Shown here piece by piece: positions 46,493-54,508 of a stretch of 64,000 nt of DNA. This DNA comes from Candidatus Kerfeldbacteria bacterium (GTDB taxonomy: Bacteria > Patescibacteriota > Patescibacteriia > UBA10025 > JAHIVO01). The first letter of the stretch is position 1. The number at the start of each line of letters is the position of its first letter. Below the pieces are notes generated by a model. It was not told the DNA's origin and searched no databases. It saw nothing but the letters and a program-made list of their open reading frames with translations. The DNA lies in assembly GCA_016214565.1 (NCBI GenBank), contig JACROE010000002.1, positions 920,007 through 984,006 on the forward strand, given 5' to 3'. Made by a program: the position numbers and the translations under genes.

Positions 46493-46933
46493 ATGCTCTA
46501 TATTGCATCAGATTATGCCGGATACACCGTCAAGGAGCGAATAAAGAAGATTTTAGAAAAAAGTAGCGTCAACTTTGTTGATGTGGGTTGCACGTCCGCA
46601 CTTAAAAAAAACGATTTTACCGATTATATTAAATCTGTTGTTCAACCTGTTCAGTTATCAAATAAGAATTTTGGTATTTTAGTGTGTGGAACAGGGCAGG
46701 GGATGACCATCGGTGCAAATCGATTTAAAAAAATTCGAGCGACGCTGGTCTATACGCCACGTCAAGCACGATTTGCGCGAACCCACGATAATTCAAATGT
46801 TTTAGTCGTAGCCGCCTGGGAGGTGCGTTCATCACAATTGTATCCACTTATCAGCGCCTGGCTCAAGACTCCCTTTCAACCGCTGGCTCGTCGCGTGAGA
46901 CGATTAAAAAAAATAGATACATGGCCACAATAA
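46493..46933 (+). CDS. rpiB: ribose-5-phosphate isomerase B
   Basis: ILVCGTGQGMTIGANRFKKIRA and THDNSNVLVVAAW segments typical of RpiB/LacAB. Confidence 0.85.
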   Translation: MLYIASDYAGYTVKERIKKILEKSSVNFVDVGCTSALKKNDFTDYIKSVVQPVQLSNKNFGILVCGTGQGMTIGANRFKKIRATLVYTPRQARFARTHDNSNVLVVAAWEVRSSQLYPLISAWLKTPFQPLARRVRRLKKIDTWPQ

Positions 46934-47553
46934 TTCCCGGCATTTTAACGGATTCGCTTGCTGAAGCTCAACGTCAACTTGATCGTTTGGTGGGTTTAGT
47001 TGAATGGGCGCAGATTGATTTTATGGACGGCTTGTTTGTTCCGGCTCAGTCAATAACCGCAGAGGAAGCCAATACGTTGATGACCGATTTAAAGCTTGAA
47101 GCGCATTTGATGGTTCGCGACCCTGAAGCATGGGCAACACTGCTTTCGCCAACGTTATTTCGACGTGTATATTTTCATGTCGAAGCTTTGGCTGATCCGA
47201 CTGAGCTCATCCGCCAATTACGAGAGGCTGGTTTCTTAATTGGCTGCGCTGTAAATCTTGGTACCCCGCTGGACCGGTACCGCGAATACGTCGAATTAGT
47301 TGATAATGTGCTGTTCATGGGGGTCCCATCAGGAGCCCAAGGACAGGCGTTTGATCCTCGAGTCATCGAAACAATTAAGGCATTTATTCTTGAGTTTCCT
47401 GATCATCAAATAGGCATCGATGGCGGGATGACGCTCCAAACAATTGATCAGGCAGCTAATGCTGGGGTAGACGATATCATCGTTGGGTCAGCCATTTCTC
47501 ACAGTGACAATGTTTCAGAAACAATTCAAGCGTTACGATCAATAATTGAATAA
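46921..47553 (+). CDS. rpe: ribulose-phosphate 3-epimerase
   Basis: IDFMDGLFVP, HLMV, LFMGVPSGAQGQAFDP, GIDGG and VGSAI align with Rpe TIM-barrel motifs. Confidence 0.8.
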   Translation: MATIIPGILTDSLAEAQRQLDRLVGLVEWAQIDFMDGLFVPAQSITAEEANTLMTDLKLEAHLMVRDPEAWATLLSPTLFRRVYFHVEALADPTELIRQLREAGFLIGCAVNLGTPLDRYREYVELVDNVLFMGVPSGAQGQAFDPRVIETIKAFILEFPDHQIGIDGGMTLQTIDQAANAGVDDIIVGSAISHSDNVSETIQALRSIIE

Positions 47554-47572
47554 TAAGTATAAATTATTTTTT

Positions 47573-48220
47573 ATGAAAACGTATCTGCACTCAGCTATTT
47601 TAAAAGAGATCGAATGGTCATTAGAACGCGGTTTGATTGATGGAGTAATTACAAACCCAACACTTTTGAATAGCGCTGATCGAAAATTAGGCGATGTGGT
47701 CAATGACATTTTGGAGACGGTTTCCACCGCGCCGGTTCATATTCAAATTGTTTCACAAACCGTTGACGAAATGATTGCTGAAGCAAAAACAGTGTCAAAA
47801 CTTGCTAAAAATGTGGTCATAAAGATTCCCATGACTGATGAAGGGTTGCTTGCTGTTCGTGAGTTACGTTTAAAAGGTATTAAGACAAACATTACGCCAA
47901 TTTTTTCGATCTCCCAAGCATTACTTGCTGCTCGTGCAGGAGCAGAATACATTACCCTATTCGAGGGTATCGCAAATGAGCTCGGTGCTAAAGAAATGGA
48001 TATTGCTCGCGATATCGCGCTTATTTTTCGTCAAAATCAATTTTCAACGGAAATTGTTGTGAGTAGCATTGAGGATGCTGCTGAGGTTGAGGCGCTTGCT
48101 CTGCAAGATATGCCCAGCGTTGCCGTTCCGGAGAAAGTATTAGTGCAAATGTACCGCACCCCCCAAACTGATAAAGGGTTAAAAAAGTTTAATGATGATT
48201 GGGATAAAATTCCTAAGTAA
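47573..48220 (+). CDS. tal: transaldolase (short-type / fructose-6-phosphate aldolase family)
   Basis: GVITNPTL, Schiff-base lysine context VVIKIPMT, TNITPIFS; an alternative upstream ATG lies at 47546. Confidence 0.85.
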   Translation: MKTYLHSAILKEIEWSLERGLIDGVITNPTLLNSADRKLGDVVNDILETVSTAPVHIQIVSQTVDEMIAEAKTVSKLAKNVVIKIPMTDEGLLAVRELRLKGIKTNITPIFSISQALLAARAGAEYITLFEGIANELGAKEMDIARDIALIFRQNQFSTEIVVSSIEDAAEVEALALQDMPSVAVPEKVLVQMYRTPQTDKGLKKFNDDWDKIPK

Positions 48221-48225
48221 CGAGC

Positions 48226-50052
48226 ATGAGTTTTTTGAAATTACAAAAAATTTCTCGTTTGATCCGCTATTGGATCCTCATGATGACTACCGAGGCTCAA
48301 TCGGGGCACCCGTCATCATCGTTATCAGCTGTTGAGCTGATGGTTGGGCTGTTATTTGGTGGCGTATTTCGTTTTGACGTTACACACCCAAATGACCCAC
48401 ATAATGACCGGCTTATATTTTCAAAAGGACACGCATCGCCACTTTTTTATGCGTTATGGGTTGCTGCTGGAGCAATCCAGCCGTCTCAGCTACGGGCATA
48501 TCGTAGTTTTTCTAGTTCGCTCGAAGGGCACCCTACCAGACGATTCGCTTTTACTGAATTACCAACGGGTTCGCTCGGCCAGGGACTTTCGATGGGTGTA
48601 GGCATGGCGCTACAAGCGCGTCTCACGCGAGCACGCTATCGTACGTTTGTGTTGCTTGGCGATAGTGAAATGGCTGAAGGGGCAAACTGGGAAGCAATTC
48701 AGCTGGCAGCGCATTATCATTTGGATTCTTTAATCGGCATTATTGATATTAATCGTCTTGGACAACGTGGGGAAACAATGTATGGCCATCGTTTGGTTGA
48801 ATATGAACGGCGGATTCGCGCCTTCGGATGGCATACGATGAGCGTGGACGGACACGACCTACGCGCGGTACGGCGGACCTTTGCTCAATTGAAGCAGGGG
48901 ACCGGCCGGCCAACAATGATATTGGCAAAAACAGTAAAAGGAAAAGGTGTTGCTTTCCTCGAAAATAAAAATAATTGGCACGGCAAAGCTTTGTATCCGC
49001 AGCAATTTGCCGATCTACTCCCTTCATTTGCTCAGCTGGATCAGTCAGTACGAGGAAAAATTTTGATGCCAAAAAAATCTAAAACGCACCGTCCTCTTAA
49101 AAAGGTTTTACATAAGCAATTGACGAAACAAAAAATTGATTCTGTGCGTGAGGCGCTGGGTGTTGCTGCAGCGCAATTAGGTACGGTTTTCCCCGAGCTT
49201 GTTGTGCTTGATGCCGAGGTAAGCAATTCTACGAAAATGAACTATTTCCAAAAAGCTTTTCCTGATCGTTTTTTTGAAATGTTTATTGCCGAGCAAAACA
49301 TGGTCGGCGTGGCACTTGGAATGGCGCGTCGAGGATTACACCCCATAGTTTCGACGTTTGGTGCTTTTTTGTTGCGTGCAGCAGATCAGATACGTATGAG
49401 TCAATATGCGAAAGTACCGATTATGTATATAGGATCGCACCCCGGTGTCACCATCGGTAAGGATGGGTATTCCCAGATGGCGCTTGAAGATATTGCTTTT
49501 TTTAGGTCTTTGCGGACGTCGGTGGTTTTGTATCCCGCTGATGCACCTTCTGCACAGAAATTACTGCGTGAGGGGTTAAAAGAAAAAGGTATTGTTTATA
49601 TTCGATCAACGCGCAACGCGACTCCGCAGCTTTACCGATCATCTGATCGGTTTGTCGTCGGAGGATCGCATACGCTTCGCCGGAGCAAGCGGGATAGAGT
49701 TAGTATTGTGAGCGCAGGCATTACACTGCATCAAGCACTCGCAGCCGCTGATGCATTAAAGGCAGATGGAATTTTTGTTCGCATCATCGACGCGTATAGC
49801 ATCAAACCGCTAGACGTTGCTACGCTCAGGCGGGCGCTGGGTGAAACACGTGGGATGGTCGTAGTGGAAGATCATTATCAGGCAGGCGGGATAGGAGAAG
49901 CAGTGCGGAGTGAGCTGTATGGTTCAGTCAAACCTATTATTTCGCTTTGTGTGCGCCAGGAACCACGTAGTGGCAAACCGGATCAACTTTTGGCTTATGA
50001 AAAGATCGGAAAACATGCTATTATGCAAGCAGTGAAGCGAATTTTAAAATAG
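48226..50052 (+). CDS. tkt: transketolase
   Basis: TPP-binding GHPSS..SAVELMVGLLFG, GSLGQGLSMGVGMA, GDSEMAEGANWEA; C-terminal Pyr and TKC domains. Confidence 0.9.
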   Translation: MSFLKLQKISRLIRYWILMMTTEAQSGHPSSSLSAVELMVGLLFGGVFRFDVTHPNDPHNDRLIFSKGHASPLFYALWVAAGAIQPSQLRAYRSFSSSLEGHPTRRFAFTELPTGSLGQGLSMGVGMALQARLTRARYRTFVLLGDSEMAEGANWEAIQLAAHYHLDSLIGIIDINRLGQRGETMYGHRLVEYERRIRAFGWHTMSVDGHDLRAVRRTFAQLKQGTGRPTMILAKTVKGKGVAFLENKNNWHGKALYPQQFADLLPSFAQLDQSVRGKILMPKKSKTHRPLKKVLHKQLTKQKIDSVREALGVAAAQLGTVFPELVVLDAEVSNSTKMNYFQKAFPDRFFEMFIAEQNMVGVALGMARRGLHPIVSTFGAFLLRAADQIRMSQYAKVPIMYIGSHPGVTIGKDGYSQMALEDIAFFRSLRTSVVLYPADAPSAQKLLREGLKEKGIVYIRSTRNATPQLYRSSDRFVVGGSHTLRRSKRDRVSIVSAGITLHQALAAADALKADGIFVRIIDAYSIKPLDVATLRRALGETRGMVVVEDHYQAGGIGEAVRSELYGSVKPIISLCVRQEPRSGKPDQLLAYEKIGKHAIMQAVKRILK

Positions 50053-50058
50053 GACTGT

Positions 50059-51045
50059 ATGTTTGATGTCACGACAATTGGTTCTGCCACCCAAGACATT
50101 TATGTCTTCAGTAGGCAGTTTCACTTTCATGAAGACCCGCGCAGAAAAAGCGGATTGATCGAGTGGTTTGCTTTTGGCACAAAAATTGAGCTTGACGACA
50201 TTGTATTTGAAGTCGGCGGGGGAGCGACGAATGCCGCATATACATTTAAAAACCAAGGATTAAAAACGGCTTGCGTCGCACGCATTGGAAATGATGGCGC
50301 TGGTTTTGATGTGCAGCGTTCACTGAAGCAGGCTGGCATTACTGATCATCTTTTGGTCGATCGCCGCCTGCGTACTGGTAGTGGCGTTATCTTTTTAGGT
50401 CGAACGGGCGAGCGAACGATTCTTGTCTATCGCGGAGCAACAAAAAACTTCAAAGCGGACGATATAAAAAAATCGTGGCTCACACATACCCGTTGGGTAT
50501 ATATTACTTCTTTAGGAGGCGACATAGTTGCCCTTGAGCGTGTCGTTCGTTTGGCCCATTCGCATTCAGTAAAAATCAGTTTTAATCCGGGAAAGCGCGA
50601 AATTGATGCGCATCCTGGACGGGTACAGCGTTTGCTGCGCCATTGCACGGTGGTGCAGCTTAATCGAGAAGAAGCCGCTGCACTGACAGGGCGTGCGTAT
50701 GCGAATATTCGGGGAATGTTTCGACAATTACGCGAATGGACGCCCGGTATTATTTTAATTACTGAGGGCGATCGTGGCGCTTATTACTCGGTGGACAACA
50801 CCGCCTGGCGTGTTATACTAAACGCAATACCGGGAAAGGATATGACAGGCGCAGGCGATGCATTTGGTTCAGGGTTTGTGGCTGGTCTGATCCGTTTCAA
50901 AGGCGATGTCACGCGGGCTCTCCGGCTAGCGCTCAATAACGCGGCGTCTACTATTAAACAGATTGGCGCAAAGAACGGATTGCTGAAGCGGAACGATCGG
51001 TTGAATCATGTGACTTATACAACGAAACAAGTAATTAATTTATAA
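50059..51045 (+). CDS. PfkB-family carbohydrate kinase (ribokinase-like)
   Basis: N-terminal GGGATNAAY and C-terminal GAGDAFGSGFVAGL ATP/anion-hole motifs. Confidence 0.8.
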   Translation: MFDVTTIGSATQDIYVFSRQFHFHEDPRRKSGLIEWFAFGTKIELDDIVFEVGGGATNAAYTFKNQGLKTACVARIGNDGAGFDVQRSLKQAGITDHLLVDRRLRTGSGVIFLGRTGERTILVYRGATKNFKADDIKKSWLTHTRWVYITSLGGDIVALERVVRLAHSHSVKISFNPGKREIDAHPGRVQRLLRHCTVVQLNREEAAALTGRAYANIRGMFRQLREWTPGIILITEGDRGAYYSVDNTAWRVILNAIPGKDMTGAGDAFGSGFVAGLIRFKGDVTRALRLALNNAASTIKQIGAKNGLLKRNDRLNHVTYTTKQVINL

Positions 51046-51060
51046 GAATGACAAATCATT

Positions 51061-51477
51061 ATGAATAATAAAACGCTCGCGCTTGTCCTTATAATTTTAG
51101 TTATTGTGGTAGGCGGATTCATTGCCTGGTACTTATTGCAAAATGATGAATCTGCGACAACAAATTTAAATAATGCGGTCAGTACCGTGGCTAACCGTCA
51201 ACGACCTCCCGAGAGCACCGTTTGGATCATTGATGGCAATTTCAGCCCTTCAGTGATCACAATACGTTCTGGCGAATCCGTTACATGGGTCAATCAGGAT
51301 GAGACCGCCCGTCAGGTAAGTTCTATGGCTGTGGGCGATTCGAGCGCCGGAAGTTTATTTAAATCAGAAGAATTGACGACGGATGAGTCATTCACCCATA
51401 CGTTTGATACTGCCGGTACTTGGAGTTATTATGATGAACTTAACCCTATTAAGAGCGGGCAGGTTATCGTCGAATAA
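51061..51477 (+). CDS. membrane-anchored cupredoxin-fold protein lacking copper ligands
   Basis: N-terminal TM; FSPSVITIRSGESVTWVNQDETARQV...GTWSYYDELNPIKSGQVIVE follows the amicyanin/pseudoazurin pattern but the His/Cys/His/Met ligand positions carry R-Q/D/N/S. Confidence 0.45.
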   Translation: MNNKTLALVLIILVIVVGGFIAWYLLQNDESATTNLNNAVSTVANRQRPPESTVWIIDGNFSPSVITIRSGESVTWVNQDETARQVSSMAVGDSSAGSLFKSEELTTDESFTHTFDTAGTWSYYDELNPIKSGQVIVE

Positions 51478-51490
51478 TACATCAATTACA

Positions 51491-51536
51491 AACTCGTCTG
51501 TCACGGATTTTCTGTCGGGGCAGACGAGTTTTTGTA
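51491..51536 (+). terminator. rho-independent terminator
   Basis: aactcgtctg-loop-cagacgagtt followed by tttttg. Confidence 0.7.
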
Positions 51537-51540
51537 TCGT

Positions 51541-53055
51541 ATGCTGCCACTAAGTATATCATTATCAGAATACCGTCAGTATCGCATCCTGGAATATATT
51601 CCGGGTGTGATGGTTTGGATCACAATTCTAGGCGCGCTGGCACTGTCATTGATTCAGCCGATTTGGGCGATTTATTTTATTATTGTGTTTGACCTTTATT
51701 GGTTAGTGCGAATCCTGTATATGATATTTTTTGTTGTACATTCGTTTCGTAAATATCGACAAGCGATTCGTATTGACTGGCTTGATCGAGTGCAGCGTCA
51801 TGCCCATTGGCAAGATTACTATCATGCCATATTTATTCCCACGTACCAGGAGCCCCTTGAGGTGCTTGAGTCGACCTTTGCTGGATTAATAAGAAGCGAT
51901 TACCCGTTGGATAAATTTATCGTTATTTTATGTGGAGAAGAAAAGGATAAGGACAATTTTTCTCAGGTCGCCCATGCAATTGAGGATCGCTATGGGCAGC
52001 GCTTTTTCCGATTTATGGTGACAGTACATCCGAGCGGACTACCCGGTGAGATAGCTGGTAAGGGGTCAAATATTGCCTGGGCGGGGGAGCGGCTTCGTGA
52101 ATATGTCGATTCCATTGGGCTGCCCTATGAACAGGTCATCGTGTCGTCGTTTGATAGTGATACGGTTGTGCATGAGCATTATTTCGCTCATTTGACCGAT
52201 ACCTATCTCTCACATCCAAATCCAACGCGGGCCAGCTATCAGCCTTTAGCGCTTTTTAATAATAATATATGGGACTCTCCCGCTTTGACTCGAGTAATTG
52301 CGTATAGCACATCATTTTGGCTCATGGGTGAGCAAAGCCGGCCCGAACGAATGTTCACGTTTTCATCGCACAGCATGAGTCTAAAAGCACTGGTCGATGT
52401 AGGTTTTTGGCAGAGTGATATTGTAACTGAAGATTCGCGCATTTGCCTCCAATGCTATATGGAATATGATGGTAAATACGAAGTGGTACCGCTGCATATT
52501 CCGGTATCGATGGATGTCGTGCTTGGTCGTACATTTTGGCAGTCACTAAAAAACCAATATATCCAACAACGCCGCTGGGCGTATGGCGTGGAAAATTTTC
52601 CATATATGGTGTGGAATTTCGGAAGAAACAAAAGCATGCCGTTCGTCCAAAAATTCCGATATATTTTTAATCAGCTTGAAGGAGTATATTCTTGGGCGAC
52701 CGCCCCGATACTTATTTTCATTATGGGTAATTTGCCAATATGGCTGGCGAATCAGCGTGAATACCCGGATTTACTTTCACAATCAGCCCCCCATATTTTG
52801 CAGTGGTTAATGACAGCCGCGATGCTTGGATTGCTCACCCAAGCAGTATTGGGGGCGACGTTACTACCTAAACGCCCTTCCCGCCATAACCGCTGGAAGT
52901 ATATTTTTATGGTAGCGCAGTGGGCGCTGATCCCGATCACCTTGATTGGTTGGGGAGCGGTGCCCGCTATCGATGCTCAGACTCGGCTACTCCTCGGGAA
53001 GTATTTGGGGTTTGATGTAACTCAAAAAGTCCGCAAAAACGCGTCGTCATCCTAA
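51541..53055 (+). CDS. family-2 glycosyltransferase, processive type (cellulose/chitin synthase-like), membrane-embedded
   Basis: DxD (SSFDSDTV) and QxxRW (QQRRWAYG) motifs; N- and C-terminal TM helices; ATG at 51541 preferred over the TTG at 51532. Confidence 0.8.
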   Translation: MLPLSISLSEYRQYRILEYIPGVMVWITILGALALSLIQPIWAIYFIIVFDLYWLVRILYMIFFVVHSFRKYRQAIRIDWLDRVQRHAHWQDYYHAIFIPTYQEPLEVLESTFAGLIRSDYPLDKFIVILCGEEKDKDNFSQVAHAIEDRYGQRFFRFMVTVHPSGLPGEIAGKGSNIAWAGERLREYVDSIGLPYEQVIVSSFDSDTVVHEHYFAHLTDTYLSHPNPTRASYQPLALFNNNIWDSPALTRVIAYSTSFWLMGEQSRPERMFTFSSHSMSLKALVDVGFWQSDIVTEDSRICLQCYMEYDGKYEVVPLHIPVSMDVVLGRTFWQSLKNQYIQQRRWAYGVENFPYMVWNFGRNKSMPFVQKFRYIFNQLEGVYSWATAPILIFIMGNLPIWLANQREYPDLLSQSAPHILQWLMTAAMLGLLTQAVLGATLLPKRPSRHNRWKYIFMVAQWALIPITLIGWGAVPAIDAQTRLLLGKYLGFDVTQKVRKNASSS

Positions 53056-54000
53056 CTGAGCGCCATCAATGTTAGCCGCTCCTGCCAGGAATGCTTCTGC
53101 AGACTGACTTTTTTTACCTTCTCGTTGTATTTCGTCAATTACCAAAGCGCCATTTCCTGTCCCAACGATTAACTGTTTTCCTTTGCGCTTGACTCTTCCG
53201 GCAATTGTTTCTTCAAAATTATCAGCAATATGGGCTTTTTTAATAATTAATCGAATCGCCTTCCAAAAGGTGTAAACTCCCGGCCATGGCGTGTAGGCTC
53301 TGATTTGTCGTTCAATATGTGTCGCGCTGGTTTGCCAATCAATACTTCCATCCGAGGTCTGGATTGGCCTCGTCATTGATGTATTGGAGCTTGGCTGTGC
53401 CTGGGCTGGTAAATCACCCTGAAGATAGGGGATTAGTGATTGTTGAAGCAATGTCGCGCCACGAGTCGATAAAGTGTCGTGCAATTCGCTAATTGTTGTT
53501 TGAGAAGAAATTGGTGTTTTTAGCTGGGCAATAATTGGACCTGTATCGAGGCCGGCGTCCAATTGCATAAGAGTAACCCCTGTTTCCGTGTCGCCATGTA
53601 CTATAGCCGCTTGCATCGGAGAAGCGCCGCGGTAGGCAGGAAGCAACGAAGCGTGAATATTTACCCATCCGTATGTGGGAATTTTCAAAACTTCAGGGGG
53701 AATAATTTTCCCGTATGCCACGACAATCCCGATATCCGGCTTGTACTTCAGTATAGCGTCAAAAATTTTTGTACTTCGAAGCGACCCTGGTTGAAGCACA
53801 GGGAGTGCGTAGACGTTGGCCTGCTGTTTGATGGGTGAAGCAGTTACCGTTTGCTTTCTTCCCACTGGTTTGTCGGGTTGGGTGATGACCGCCTGAAGCT
53901 GTATCTCCGGCATGCCATGCAGAACATTTAGTACAGGCACGGCAAATTCTGGAGTTCCGGCAAAAATCGCGCTATAAGTTTTCACTCGGTTCTGCTTCAT
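53047..54000 (-). CDS. fmt: methionyl-tRNA formyltransferase
   Basis: IFAGTPEFAVPVL, NIHASLLPAYRGASPMQAAI, and the C-terminal formyltransferase domain. Confidence 0.9.
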   Translation of the reverse strand: MKQNRVKTYSAIFAGTPEFAVPVLNVLHGMPEIQLQAVITQPDKPVGRKQTVTASPIKQQANVYALPVLQPGSLRSTKIFDAILKYKPDIGIVVAYGKIIPPEVLKIPTYGWVNIHASLLPAYRGASPMQAAIVHGDTETGVTLMQLDAGLDTGPIIAQLKTPISSQTTISELHDTLSTRGATLLQQSLIPYLQGDLPAQAQPSSNTSMTRPIQTSDGSIDWQTSATHIERQIRAYTPWPGVYTFWKAIRLIIKKAHIADNFEETIAGRVKRKGKQLIVGTGNGALVIDEIQREGKKSQSAEAFLAGAANIDGAQLG

Positions 54001-54457
54001 TGCCAGTCATTATTTTTTTGGTACGGTCAATAAAAAGTATGCCATTGATATGGTCTATTTCGTGCTGGAGTACTCGAGCAAATAGGCCGGACGCTTTTAC
54101 GGTAACCAGATGTGCGTTTTCTTGGTAGGCTTTTACGGTAATGGTTTTATGCCGTTTGACTATTCCATACAATCCGGGAATGGACAAACAACCCTCTTCG
54201 CCTTCTTCTTTGCGAAACGACTTCTTTATAATTTCAGGATTAAATAATTTCAGTGCACCATCCTTTGTGCTGACGACAATAAGGCATATTGACCGGTCTA
54301 CCTGGGGAGCGGCTAAGCCGATTCCGTTGGCATGATACATGGTAGTGACCATGTCGTCGGCGAATTTCCTGAGGGAAGGGATCTCCTCAATGGGAATACG
54401 GGCCGCTTTTTTTCGCAGCGTTGGATGCGGATTCGTAATGATCGTTAGCTTTGCCAT
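53972..54457 (-). CDS. def: peptide deformylase
   Basis: motifs GIGLAAPQV, EGCLSIPG, QHEIDHINGILF. Confidence 0.9.
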   Translation of the reverse strand: MAKLTIITNPHPTLRKKAARIPIEEIPSLRKFADDMVTTMYHANGIGLAAPQVDRSICLIVVSTKDGALKLFNPEIIKKSFRKEEGEEGCLSIPGLYGIVKRHKTITVKAYQENAHLVTVKASGLFARVLQHEIDHINGILFIDRTKKIMTGNEAEPSENL

Positions 54458-54508
54458 AGGTAATAAATCGAACGTAGTATAGCCTGATGTGGGGCGACTG
54501 TAAAGAGG

